Below are positions 50,973 to 60,306 of a stretch of 64,000 nucleotides of DNA, piece after piece. Position 1 is the first letter of the stretch; each line of letters begins with the position of its first letter. The stretch covers positions 6,874 through 70,873 of the forward strand of contig JBIKKP010000001.1 of the NCBI GenBank assembly GCA_044360285.1. The letters are read 5' to 3'. Position numbers and translations under genes: made by a program. The notes beneath the pieces were generated by a model. It was not told the origin of the DNA and did no database searches. It saw only the letters and a list, made by a program, of their open reading frames with translations. Source of the stretch: Rickettsiales bacterium. Lineage in GTDB: Bacteria > Pseudomonadota > Alphaproteobacteria > Rickettsiales > UBA1997.

Positions 50973-51842
50973 AAAATCGGGCAGCTCAGTTTCAATTTTT
51001 AGTTTTTTTCCAAAATAGTCTGAAAGCTCTATTTTGTGGGCGTGAAGACATAAACGCTTACTCAAATTTTTGCGCAAAACCGCACGACCACCATATTTCA
51101 CATCATTGATCACCGCATGGCCCAGCTCTTTGCAATGCACACGCAATTGATGCGTTCTGCCGGTAATTGGTGATAGTTCAACCAAAGCGAAATCGTCGAA
51201 ATTTTTCAGCAACTTGAAGTTGGTGATTGCTTCTTTTCCTTGTTCAAAATCTGGCAAAACTTTTTCGTTTTTTCCCAAAAGTTTTTTGCGCAGCGGAATG
51301 TTAATTGTGCCGAATGGTTTTTTTAAATTGCCTGCAACCAGCGCCAGATAAGTCTTGGAGATGGTTTTGTTTTTGAAGGCATCGGTTAAAAGTTCGGCCG
51401 TTTTATCATTTTTAGCGATAAGCAAGATTCCGGAAGTGTCTTTGTCGAGACGATGAACAAGCTGGTAATTTTTTGGCGAAATAAAATCGTCAACTGAAAT
51501 CTCAATGCCGCTGCCGCCTTGTACAGCAAGCCCTGATGGCTTGTTGATGGCGAGTATATTTTCATCTTCGAAAATGGTCCAAGTCGAAAATTTTCTTCTT
51601 TTTTCGTCGGAGACTTTATTTTTTTTCTCAGGCTTTTCAAAGCGATCTTTTAGAGTAGAAAAAATTTCAACTTGGTCTCCATCCTGCATTTTGTAGGCTG
51701 CGTCAACGCGCGCTTCATTAACTTTTACCTTTTTTTCGCGAACTAATTTTTGCGCAACGCCAAAAGAAATATCGAATTTTTTACAGAGAAATTTATCGAG
51801 CCGAAGATCAACAAAAGCAGAGTTGGCGGTGACGCGTGGCAT
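50949..51842 (-). CDS. rluC: RluA-family 23S rRNA pseudouridine synthase (RluC/D-like)
   Basis: S4 domain plus the HRLDKDTSG catalytic motif. Start moved to MPRV (just after the crcB stop). The 3' end overlaps hemC convergently by 24 nt. Confidence 0.85.
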   Translation of the reverse strand: MPRVTANSAFVDLRLDKFLCKKFDISFGVAQKLVREKKVKVNEARVDAAYKMQDGDQVEIFSTLKDRFEKPEKKNKVSDEKRRKFSTWTIFEDENILAINKPSGLAVQGGSGIEISVDDFISPKNYQLVHRLDKDTSGILLIAKNDKTAELLTDAFKNKTISKTYLALVAGNLKKPFGTINIPLRKKLLGKNEKVLPDFEQGKEAITNFKLLKNFDDFALVELSPITGRTHQLRVHCKELGHAVINDVKYGGRAVLRKNLSKRLCLHAHKIELSDYFGKKLKIETELPDFLAADFFE

Positions 51843-51843
51843 C

Positions 51844-52254
51844 TTAAATGAAAATAAGCTTACAGAAATAGAAGCCAAAAAATACGGCCAAGATTGACAG
51901 AAGCACTGATGAAAGCGCATAAATCAAGGCTTGTTGGATTTGCGCAGCTTCAATGAGACGAAAAAAATCGAGAGAAAAAGCAGAGAAAGTTGTGAAGCCA
52001 CCAAGAAATCCGGCGAATAAAAAATTCTTCAAACGCAAATCGAAATTAGAAAAATTTTTGATGACGAAAAAGTAGCAAACCCCTGCCAGAGCAGATCCAA
52101 AGATATTTACAAAAAAAGTTCCAAGTGGAAATGAAGCAGGAAAAAATTGTGATTTCGCCGCAATTTTTATCATCATTTCCGATGATAAGTAGCGGGCAAT
52201 TGAGCCAAGGGCCCCGCCAATTGCGATTAAAATTAGGTTCATATTGTTGTTCAT
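51844..52254 (-). CDS. crcB: fluoride ion channel CrcB/FluC
   Basis: GGALGSIARY and GFLGGFTTFSAFS motifs; 4 TM segments. Confidence 0.85.
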   Translation of the reverse strand: MNNNMNLILIAIGGALGSIARYLSSEMMIKIAAKSQFFPASFPLGTFFVNIFGSALAGVCYFFVIKNFSNFDLRLKNFLFAGFLGGFTTFSAFSLDFFRLIEAAQIQQALIYALSSVLLSILAVFFGFYFCKLIFI

Positions 52255-52255
52255 T

Positions 52256-52280
52256 AAACCTCCTTTGAAAAAGGAGGTTT
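52256..52280 (-). promoter_or_regulatory. perfect 9-bp hairpin whose 3' arm is the crcB Shine-Dalgarno
   Basis: Minus strand: AAACCTCCT-ttttcaa-AGGAGGTTT-a-ATG(crcB). It lies in the 34-nt gap after the metK stop. Confidence 0.5.
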
Positions 52281-52288
52281 AACCCGAG

Positions 52289-53449
52289 CTAAACCAACTT
52301 CTTCAGCTTCTCAGCCAAATCAGTTTTTTCCCAAGAAAATCCGCCGTCAGCCTCGGGGTTGCGACCAAAGTGGCCGTAGGTTGCAGTGCGTTTGTAAATT
52401 GGACGATTTAGTTGCAAATGCGTACGAATTCCGCGTGGGCTGAGGTCAACAAGATTGTCGATAATTTTTACCAATTCTTCGCCATGAACAATTCCGGTTC
52501 CGTGACTATCTACGTAAAGTGAAAGCGGTTTTGAAACGCCAATTGCGTAAGAAATTTGAATTGTGCAACGCTTAGCCAAACCAGCCGCCACAACGTTTTT
52601 CGCCAAATAGCGCGCCATGTATGCAGCAGAACGATCAACTTTTGTTGGATCTTTTCCAGAGAAAGCACCGCCGCCGTGTGGAGCTGCACCGCCGTAAGTA
52701 TCAACGATGATTTTACGACCAGTTAAACCAGCGTCACCATCAGGTCCGCCAATCACAAATTTTCCAGTTGGATTAACTAAGAATTTTTCTTCTTTGCACA
52801 TCCAGCCATTTGGCAATGACTTCTCAACATAAGGCCTGATTGCATCGCGAACCTGTTGTTGCGTCATGCCTTCTTTGTGTTGGATCGACACCAAAACAGT
52901 TTCAGCGTGAGTTGGAACGCCATCAACATAATGCAAAGTCACTTGGCTTTTTGCATCAGGGCCAATGTCGCGAAGTGCACCAGACCTGGTTGCGTCCATG
53001 ATGTTGTGTAAAATTCTGTGCGCATAATAAATTGCTGCCGGCATTAAAACTTCGGTTTCGTTGCAGGCATAGCCAAACATAATTCCTTGGTCTCCCGCGC
53101 CTTCATCTTTAGAACCAACTGCATCAACACCAACTGCAATGTCAGCAGATTGACCATGGATCAAGTTAGTGATTTCAAGATTTTTCCAGTGAAAGCCGTC
53201 TTGCTCATAGCCAATTTCTTTGACGGTATTTCGGATGATATTTTCAACTTCCACTTTTGAAATTTCTGGCGCACGAATTTCGCCACCAATCACAACACGG
53301 TTAGTGGTTGCAAAAGTTTCAATTGCTAAGCGCGAGTAAGGGTCTTTGGCAAGATAGGCGTCAACTAAACTGTCAGAAATTTGGTCGCAGATTTTGTCAG
53401 GATGACCTTCGGAAACTGATTCCGAAGTGAATAAAAAGTTTTTTGGCAT
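52289..53449 (-). CDS. metK: S-adenosylmethionine synthase
   Basis: [35 protein letters not shown]. Confidence 0.95.
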   Translation of the reverse strand: MPKNFLFTSESVSEGHPDKICDQISDSLVDAYLAKDPYSRLAIETFATTNRVVIGGEIRAPEISKVEVENIIRNTVKEIGYEQDGFHWKNLEITNLIHGQSADIAVGVDAVGSKDEGAGDQGIMFGYACNETEVLMPAAIYYAHRILHNIMDATRSGALRDIGPDAKSQVTLHYVDGVPTHAETVLVSIQHKEGMTQQQVRDAIRPYVEKSLPNGWMCKEEKFLVNPTGKFVIGGPDGDAGLTGRKIIVDTYGGAAPHGGGAFSGKDPTKVDRSAAYMARYLAKNVVAAGLAKRCTIQISYAIGVSKPLSLYVDSHGTGIVHGEELVKIIDNLVDLSPRGIRTHLQLNRPIYKRTATYGHFGRNPEADGGFSWEKTDLAEKLKKLV

Positions 53450-53501
53450 AGCGCAAAAAATTTAAATTTTCGGAAGGCTTTCCAAAGAAAATGCAGAATT
53501 T

Positions 53502-54214
53502 TTAGAATCTTTTTAGATATCCAAAGCGAACTGTCGAATAGTGCGAATCAAGTCCAGCAAGCTTCCCACTATATTTTTGAAAGGAGAAGCGAATCGCATC
53601 ATCAGAGTTTTTAAAATGCTTAATTTGAAATCCAAGCCCGTAAATCCCTGTTGTTTCATGGTTTTTTTGGGCGATTAATGAACCATTTGACTTAACATAG
53701 CTTGTGCGGCTTCTCACATCTGCAGCGCCAATTTCAGCAAAAAGCTCGAAGAGATTTTTTTCAACTGGCATAAAAAATAACGCCGAAAAATTCACGTGAT
53801 CCATTTTAAAAATAGCGCGTCGAGCCAGTGGTCCGGCATCTTGAAAGGCTATGTTATCAAGCTCAGTTTGTGCCCAATTCCACTGCAAACCAAGATAATC
53901 GTGAATGCGGAAATGTTGACCCAAAGCAATGTTTTCAATGTCGCGCAGCTGGCTGAAAATATCGTGCGAAGTTTTGAAATCTACATTCGGCCCGCCGCCT
54001 GTAATCACCGGAGCGCTATATTCAAAGGTGAAATAACTTTTTAGATAAAGTTTTGATTTAGATAAAGTTTTGACCACGGATTGGTAGTAATCGAGCTAAC
54101 ATTACCCGCTCCATTATTTGATGATCCACCAGCTGGCGGTGTGTTGTAAGGCCATTCCTGACTGAAAGCTGATTGCGAGAACAGTAAAAATGCGGCGGCT
54201 AAAAATTTTTTCAT
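53502..54214 (-). pseudogene. outer-membrane beta-barrel protein gene interrupted by a 17-bp tandem duplication (frameshift)
   Basis: AGGAGA + ATG at 54214 gives the signal peptide MKKFLAAAFLLFSQSAFSQ..., which stops at 54041. The body ORF 53502..54077 is in another frame and ends ...VRFGYLKRF. Removing one 17-bp copy restores a 231-aa ORF. Confidence 0.75.
54040..54073. repeat. perfect 17-bp direct tandem duplication
   Basis: tttagataaagttttga at 54040-54056 and again at 54057-54073. Confidence 0.95.
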
Positions 54215-54264
54215 AAATCTCCTGAGTTAGTCATGCCGAAACTGTCGAAGCATGACTATATTTT

Positions 54265-55656
54265 TTAATTTATTGCCGACTCAATTCGTCTTAGAACCTC
54301 GGCTTTTCCAAGAATCTCCACTACATCAAAAATTCCGCCAGCAGAAGATTTGGAGAATGTCAAAACCAGACGAAGTGCTGGTCCAAAATCTTTAATTTTT
54401 AGATTTTTTGTAGCAGCAAATTCGTTGAAAAAGTTTTTAATTCCATCGTGACTCCAATCTTCTAAAGCAGACATCTGCAAGGATAAATCGCTAAGCAGAA
54501 ATTTTTTTTCAGCGACGTCTTTTTGCTCAACTTCATCAAAATTTGCCGCGGCGTTATCCAAATAAATCGCCAGATTTTTTTCCAAATCACCAAGTAACTC
54601 CGCGCGTTCTTTGACAAATTTTAGCGCCAGTTTTAGACGACTTCTTTCAACATCTTGCAAGTTTTTCCAACTTTCGTTTCGCTCATAAAGTAGCGCTAAC
54701 AGCTGGTCCTCTGGTTTTTCTTTGATGTAATTTTTATTGACGAAAGCAAGTTTCATAAAATCAAAACGCGACGGCGAGCGACCAACTTTTTCTAAAGAAA
54801 ACCACTCACGCGCTTGTGCATCAGAAATAATTTCGGCATCGCCATGTGACCAACCAAGGCGCAGCAAATAATTGCGCATTGCTTCTGGCAGATAGCCCGC
54901 TTGCTTGTAATCAATTACCGAAGTTGCGCCGTGACGCTTCGACATTTTTGCGCCGTCAGATCCGTGAATCAGCGGAATATGTGCGAATTTTGGCACGTTC
55001 CACGACATTGCATCGAAAATTACTTTTTGGCGGAAGGCGTTGTTTAAGTGGTCGTCACCACGAATTATGTGCGTAATTTCCATATCATGATCATCAACTA
55101 CAACCGCCAGCATGTAAGTTGGAGAGCCATCAGAGCGCAACATCACCAAATCATCAAGTTCAGAATTTTTTACCCTCACCTCACCTTGCACCAAATCGTT
55201 AATTACCGTTTCGCCCTCAAGCGGCGCTTTAATTCGAACCACCGGTTTTACCGATGAACTTTGCGAATTTATTTTGTCGCGCCACGGACTTTTAAAACGA
55301 AAAACCTGATTTTTTTTCTCAGCCATCTCGCGCATTTCGGCAAGTTCTTCGGCGGAAGTGTAGCACAAATAAGCCTGATTTTTTTCGAGCAATTTTTGTG
55401 CAACTTCCCTGTGACGCGCAAGATTTTTTGACTGCAAAACAAAATTGTCATCATGCTTCAAGCCAAGCCAATCAAGGCCCTGCAAAATTGCGTTGATTGC
55501 TTCTGCGGTCGATCTTTTTTCATCAGTGTCTTCGATACGCAGCAAAAATTTTCCGTTATTTTTTTTAGCAAAAAGATAATTGAACAAAGCAGTTCGTGCC
55601 CCGCCAATGTGCAAATAGCCGGTTGGCGATGGAGCAAAACGGGTGATGATAGACAT
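54265..55656 (-). CDS. gltX: glutamate--tRNA ligase
   Basis: RFAPSPTGYLHIGGARTAL (HIGH) and KMSKR. Confidence 0.95.
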   Translation of the reverse strand: MSIITRFAPSPTGYLHIGGARTALFNYLFAKKNNGKFLLRIEDTDEKRSTAEAINAILQGLDWLGLKHDDNFVLQSKNLARHREVAQKLLEKNQAYLCYTSAEELAEMREMAEKKNQVFRFKSPWRDKINSQSSSVKPVVRIKAPLEGETVINDLVQGEVRVKNSELDDLVMLRSDGSPTYMLAVVVDDHDMEITHIIRGDDHLNNAFRQKVIFDAMSWNVPKFAHIPLIHGSDGAKMSKRHGATSVIDYKQAGYLPEAMRNYLLRLGWSHGDAEIISDAQAREWFSLEKVGRSPSRFDFMKLAFVNKNYIKEKPEDQLLALLYERNESWKNLQDVERSRLKLALKFVKERAELLGDLEKNLAIYLDNAAANFDEVEQKDVAEKKFLLSDLSLQMSALEDWSHDGIKNFFNEFAATKNLKIKDFGPALRLVLTFSKSSAGGIFDVVEILGKAEVLRRIESAIN

Positions 55657-55758
55657 TGTCGTGAGAAATTTTTTGGATTAAATTGACTTAGCTTTCGAAA
55701 GATTTGAAAAAAATTTCTTAAAAGAATTCATCTTTAATTTCCAACTAAAGCCAGATAA

Positions 55759-57462
55759 ATGCCAGCTCCAGTAAATATAACAGATATCGGTGCGCGCCTA
55801 ATTGAGAAAAAGGTAATTTCTGAAGATCAGCTGTCGATTGTCCTAAAAGAACAAACGCGGCTCAAGGGCGCAAAGACCGTCGGTGCACTTTTGGTGGAAA
55901 TGGGTTTTATCTCGGAAGGCGCTCTGGGAGAGATTCTAAACGAATCAAGCGGCATTAAAAAGTTCGACATAAAAAGCGCAATCATTGATGCCAAGCTGGT
56001 TAAAAAAATTCCAAAAGAGTTTGCGCTGCACAATAAAGTAATCCCGGTTTCATATTCGCAAGGCGTTATCAACGTTGGCATGAACGATGTTTTTGACATC
56101 GTTGCTGTTGACCAAGTTCGTAAATTTTTCCCGCCAAATTTCCACATCAATCCGGTTTATATTCCAGAAGCCGATATCATTCAGGCAATCGACCAGTACT
56201 ATGGCTATGAGATGTCGATTGAAGGGATTTTAAAAGAGATTGAGAGCGGAAATAACAAAAACATTAACGACGAAACACAGCTACGCGGCGACTATAAAAG
56301 TCCGATGGTGCGTTTGCTTGATGCAATTCTAAGCGACGCCGTGCACCGCAGCGCTTCCGACTTACACTTTGAGCCAGAGGGTTTGTTTTTGCGTATCCGC
56401 TATCGTATTGACGGAAAAATGGTGCAGATTCGCAGCATCCACAAAGATTATTGGTCAGCAATTGCAGTTCGTATTAAAATTCTTGCCGGCATGAACATTG
56501 CCGAAAGCCGAAAGCCGCAAGATGGACACATCAACACTGAAATCTTGGGCCGTAAAATTGACTTTCGTGTGTCAACGCAACCAACAATTAACGGCGAAAA
56601 TATCGTCATGCGTATTTTGGACGAAAAGCAGTCCATCCTTTCACTTGATAAGCTTGGCATGTCTGAACACAGCATTTCGCTAGTGAAAAAAGTTGTACAG
56701 CGTCCGGAGGGCGTAATCATTCTGACTGGTCCAACTGGTTCTGGTAAAACCACTACGCTTTACACGGTTTTAAACTACATCAACTCGATTGATAAAAACA
56801 TCATGACCTTGGAAGACCCAGTGGAATATCACATTCCGCTGATTCGCCAGACTAACATCAAATCCGACAGCGGCATGGATTTTGCTTCGGGAATTAAAGC
56901 AATTTTACGTCAAGACCCTGACGTGATTCTTGTTGGCGAGATTCGCGACAAAGACACCGCGGTCACCGCAATTCAAGCGGCGATGACTGGTCACCAAGTT
57001 TATACTTCGCTGCACACTAACGACGCTCTTGGCGCAATTCCACGTTTGATGAATATCGGCGTGCCAACTTACCTAATGTCTGGATCGTTGATTTGCGTGG
57101 TTGCTCAACGTTTAGCACGAAAACTTTGTCCACATTGCAAAAAAGAAAGTCCGCTCGATGCCTTTGAAAAAAGACTGCTTGGACCTAAATACAGCAATGT
57201 TGAAAAAATCTTTAAAGCAGTTGGTTGCGAAAAATGTCGCGGCGGTTATAAAGGTCGTGTCGTTGTTGCAGAAGTTTTACCTTTTGATCGCGAACTCGAT
57301 GAACTCATCGTTAGCAACGCCACCAGAAAAGAAATGCTTGATCACGCATTAAAAAATGGCTTCGTGCCAATGGTGGAAGACGGTATACAAAAAGTTGTTG
57401 CCGGAATTACCGATCTCAAGGAACTGATGCGGGTGATCGACCTAACTGATCGCATGAACTAA
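55759..57462 (+). CDS. GspE/PilB-family secretion ATPase (type II secretion / type IV pilus)
   Basis: T2SSE N-domain, Walker A GPTGSGKTTT, Asp box, His box, and tetracysteine CPHC...CEKC. Confidence 0.85.
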   Translation: MPAPVNITDIGARLIEKKVISEDQLSIVLKEQTRLKGAKTVGALLVEMGFISEGALGEILNESSGIKKFDIKSAIIDAKLVKKIPKEFALHNKVIPVSYSQGVINVGMNDVFDIVAVDQVRKFFPPNFHINPVYIPEADIIQAIDQYYGYEMSIEGILKEIESGNNKNINDETQLRGDYKSPMVRLLDAILSDAVHRSASDLHFEPEGLFLRIRYRIDGKMVQIRSIHKDYWSAIAVRIKILAGMNIAESRKPQDGHINTEILGRKIDFRVSTQPTINGENIVMRILDEKQSILSLDKLGMSEHSISLVKKVVQRPEGVIILTGPTGSGKTTTLYTVLNYINSIDKNIMTLEDPVEYHIPLIRQTNIKSDSGMDFASGIKAILRQDPDVILVGEIRDKDTAVTAIQAAMTGHQVYTSLHTNDALGAIPRLMNIGVPTYLMSGSLICVVAQRLARKLCPHCKKESPLDAFEKRLLGPKYSNVEKIFKAVGCEKCRGGYKGRVVVAEVLPFDRELDELIVSNATRKEMLDHALKNGFVPMVEDGIQKVVAGITDLKELMRVIDLTDRMN

Positions 57463-57466
57463 AGAA

Positions 57467-57940
57467 ATGAAAAACGTAAAATCAAACAAAGCTCTCGAAG
57501 ATAATTTACTCGATCAAAATGATCGAATCACCAGACCTTACGTGGCAAGCACCAACAACATTCAAGTGACGGTTTGGCCAGAATTTATCGACAGCAAATC
57601 CAGCGTGATTGGGGATATTTTCATCTGGGCCTATCACGTGCGCATCGATAATAAAAGCTCTGATAGCGTAAAGCTTATCAGTCGCTATTGGCGCATCATC
57701 GACGAACAAGGCGTAACCCAAGAAATCAGCGGCGAAGGAGTGATTGGCGAACAACCAATCATTGCACCAAGCAAGTCCTTTCAATATAGCAGCGGCGTGC
57801 ATTTACGTCATCCATCAGGAATCATGACTGGAACTTATCGTATGGTTCAGCTTGGTCTTGAAAACGAAAAGCAGGCATTTGACATCAAGATTCCCGCTTT
57901 TTCGCTTGATGTTCCAACTATCAAAAACGTTTTGAATTAA
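57467..57940 (+). CDS. apaG: ApaG (DUF525) protein
   Basis: FIWAYHVRIDNKS...LISRYWRIIDEQG..GEGVIGEQP...F.YSSG....PSGIMTGTY. Confidence 0.85.
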   Translation: MKNVKSNKALEDNLLDQNDRITRPYVASTNNIQVTVWPEFIDSKSSVIGDIFIWAYHVRIDNKSSDSVKLISRYWRIIDEQGVTQEISGEGVIGEQPIIAPSKSFQYSSGVHLRHPSGIMTGTYRMVQLGLENEKQAFDIKIPAFSLDVPTIKNVLN

Positions 57941-57941
57941 C

Positions 57942-58595
57942 GTGCTCATTCTTGCCTTCGACACCACAGCTGGAGGTCTTTCTGTAGCATTGCTTAATGA
58001 TGATAAAATTATCGCACTAACTTCGGTTTCCCTCTCCAATTCGCAGTCACAATTACTCATCCCAGAAATTGAAAAAATTTTACGCGAGCAAAAAATTTGG
58101 TATCAAGACCTTGGTTTAATTGCTGCAACCAATGGACCTGGCAGCTTCACTGGCAGCAGAATTGGCCTGAGCTGCGCTCGCATTATCAAAGCTGCAACAA
58201 ACTTACCACTAATTTTAGTTAATGGCCTTGAAGCCATGGCGTTCAAGTATCGCGGGTGCAATAAAAATATCTTTATTGCACTTGATGCAAGCGGCGATGA
58301 ATTTTTTTGCGCGGAATTTAGAGAATCAGAAATTGTGCAAGAGCCTTGTCTAATAAAAGCTGCAGAGCTTGCGGCAATCGCGCCAGAAGAATCATTTTTT
58401 CTTTGTGGTTCAGGCAAAAAAGCAGCGGCAGAAATTTTAAAAAATCAGCAATTTGAAAGCAGCGAAGGTGATGATGTTTTAAGCGCCGATGTGGTGGGGC
58501 TTTTAGGTTTAGAGAAATTTAAAAATGGGGAAGTGTTAGAGAATCTTGATCCGCTTTATCTGCGGGGACCGAGGATTGAGGCGAGGAAGAAATGA
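57942..58595 (+). CDS. tsaB: tRNA t6A37 biosynthesis protein TsaB (YeaZ)
   Basis: GTG start. ILAFDTT and GPGSFTGSRIG motifs. Confidence 0.85.
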   Translation: MLILAFDTTAGGLSVALLNDDKIIALTSVSLSNSQSQLLIPEIEKILREQKIWYQDLGLIAATNGPGSFTGSRIGLSCARIIKAATNLPLILVNGLEAMAFKYRGCNKNIFIALDASGDEFFCAEFRESEIVQEPCLIKAAELAAIAPEESFFLCGSGKKAAAEILKNQQFESSEGDDVLSADVVGLLGLEKFKNGEVLENLDPLYLRGPRIEARKK

Positions 58596-58735
58596 GGAAG
58601 AAATAGAGTCTTGTTGGACCAGCCCTACTCCGCTCGCGTTGCGAGCTTCGAAGGGCAGCCTTCGCTCTAACGATCTCCGTCTGACAGTCCAGCCCAAAGG
58701 CCGGCCTGCCGGCCGTAGCTCGTAAGAGCGAAGGC

Positions 58736-58810
58736 TGGAGGCCAGGGTCGGAATCGAACCGACGAATGAGAGCTTTGCAGGCCCTTGCATTACCACTTTG
58801 CTACCCGGCC
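58736..58810 (-). tRNA. tRNA-Cys (GCA), CCA encoded
   Basis: Minus strand: GGCCGGG-TAGCAAAGTGGTAATGC-AAGGGCCTGCAAAGCTCT-CATTC-GTCGGTTCGATTCCGAC-CCTGGCC-T-CCA. 7-bp acceptor stem, anticodon loop CTGCAAA, T-loop GGTTCGATTCC. Confidence 0.9.
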
Positions 58811-58940
58811 CCAAGAAATAAGAGGCGCGGCAACTTAGAAAAGCTTTTCAAGATTACAAGCACGCCAAGCAAATTTCGATTTCCGATTTAAATTTCCCAA
58901 TTTAACAAAACAAAAAACTCAATTTTCTTTCAAAACTCAC

Positions 58941-60164
58941 ATGCCGCAAAGCCTTTATTCTCAAAGCTTCAAGAACATTTCTGGCCTAAAAGAGCTAAAA
59001 AATTTCCAAAAAATTTGCGCCTCCGCCAAACAAAAATTACGCGCAGAAATTAAAGCTAAGAAGCTTGCCGCAATTGACGTCGCACTTGGTGATGATGATT
59101 TGAAAGTTTTTGAAAAACTCGCCAAAGAAGCAGTAAAATATAAAAAGATTTTGGTCCTTGGTGTAGGCGGCTCAAGCCTTGGTGGCAAGACTCTCAGCGC
59201 ATTAAAATTTCAAGAGAAGCTCGAATTTCTTGAATCAATTGACCCTGAAACAATCACTAAATCCCTGTCAAAAATTGACCTAAAAAATACTTACTTTCTG
59301 GTAATCAGCAAGTCTGGCGAAACAATCGAAACCATCTGCCAAACCTTGGTAATACTTGACCGAGTTAAGAAAGAAAAAATTAAAAATTTCGCCAAACAAT
59401 TTTTGTTTGTCACCGAATCAGAAAATAATTCGCTGGCAAAAATCGCTTTAAAAATCGGCGCAAAAATTGTTAACCATCCCCAAAAAATTGGCGGGCGTTA
59501 TTCTTGCTTCTGCGTTGTGGGACTACTGCCTGCTGCAATCGCTGGGCTTAACATCAAAAAAATTCGCCAGGGTGCAAGAAAAATTCTAGAAAATTTCTTG
59601 CACGAAGATGACATCAGCAATTCCTGCGCAACACAGCTTGCCCTTTATTCACAAGGCTTTGGCAGCAATGTAATTATGCCTTATGTTGATAATTTAAAAA
59701 ATTTTACCGATTGGTATCGCCAACTTTGGGCAGAATCTTTGGGTAAAAATAGTTTTGGCTCAACCCCGATCAACTCAATGGGTACGGTGGATCAACACAG
59801 TCAGCTGCAGCTTTATCTTGAAGGACCAAAAGATAAATTTTTCACTTTTATCACCGCTAAAAATCATCAAAAAGATTTATTGGTAAAAGATTTACCAACT
59901 TGCGCCACGCTGTTTGGCGGCAAAAAACTCAGCGAAATTGTTGCAATCGAACAACAAACAACAATCGAAGTTTTGAATCGCAAAAAATTGCCAATTCGTA
60001 TTTTTGAATTGGAAAAACTTAATGAAGAAAGCCTTGGCGGCTTGATGATGTTGATGTTTTTGGAAACAATTTTGATTGCCTACGCCAAAAACATAAACCC
60101 TTTTGACCAGCCCGCAGTCGAGCTGCGTAAGATTTTAGCGAAAGAAATTTTGGCTAATGATTGA
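58941..60164 (+). CDS. pgi: glucose-6-phosphate isomerase (short form)
   Basis: GVGGSSLG, ISKSGETIET, SIS-domain layout, QHSQLQLYLEG. Confidence 0.8.
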   Translation: MPQSLYSQSFKNISGLKELKNFQKICASAKQKLRAEIKAKKLAAIDVALGDDDLKVFEKLAKEAVKYKKILVLGVGGSSLGGKTLSALKFQEKLEFLESIDPETITKSLSKIDLKNTYFLVISKSGETIETICQTLVILDRVKKEKIKNFAKQFLFVTESENNSLAKIALKIGAKIVNHPQKIGGRYSCFCVVGLLPAAIAGLNIKKIRQGARKILENFLHEDDISNSCATQLALYSQGFGSNVIMPYVDNLKNFTDWYRQLWAESLGKNSFGSTPINSMGTVDQHSQLQLYLEGPKDKFFTFITAKNHQKDLLVKDLPTCATLFGGKKLSEIVAIEQQTTIEVLNRKKLPIRIFELEKLNEESLGGLMMLMFLETILIAYAKNINPFDQPAVELRKILAKEILAND

Positions 60165-60176
60165 TGGAAAGAATAA

Positions 60177-60306
60177 TCACCCTCACCCCAACCCTCTCCC
60201 CTCAAGGGAGAGGGAGACACATCGAATTTTTTTTGACTTCAGAGTTTAAATAAAAACTCGGTAAAACTCCCTCTCCCTTGAGGGGAGGGGGTTGGGGTGA
60301 GGGTGA
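60177..60306. repeat. MITE-like element with 39-bp terminal inverted repeats (38/39 match) around a 52-bp AT-rich core
   Basis: Left arm tcaccctcaccccaaccctctcccctcaagggagaggga (60177-60215). Right arm tccctctcccttgaggggagggggttggggtgagggtga (60268-60306). Each arm contains its own ccctctccc/gggagaggg hairpin. Confidence 0.8.

Noticed and set aside
51843-51920. 26-codon N-terminal extension of the rluC ORF overlapping crcB; similar extensions at pal (5624-5710), pdhB (25928-25993), exbD (61729-61788) and ybeY (22614-22640).
   Set aside because: In each case an internal Met sits immediately after the upstream gene's stop and coincides with the start of conserved sequence or with the signal peptide/lipobox.
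52255-52340. Looked for a fluoride (crcB-motif) riboswitch upstream of crcB.
   Set aside because: The gap is only 34 nt. Neither it nor the metK 3' end contains the conserved GGnGAUG...CCUAC-type core. Only a simple SD-sequestering hairpin is present.
58596-58735. Considered SRP (4.5S) RNA or a 5S-like RNA because of GC-rich hairpins and a GCGAG..AGTAGGG-like string.
   Set aside because: The conserved SRP helix-8 motif (GGUCC-GNRA-GGAAGCAGCC) and the 5S loop motifs (CCGAAC, GAAGUGAAAC) are absent on both strands. I kept the region only as an unexplained structured region.
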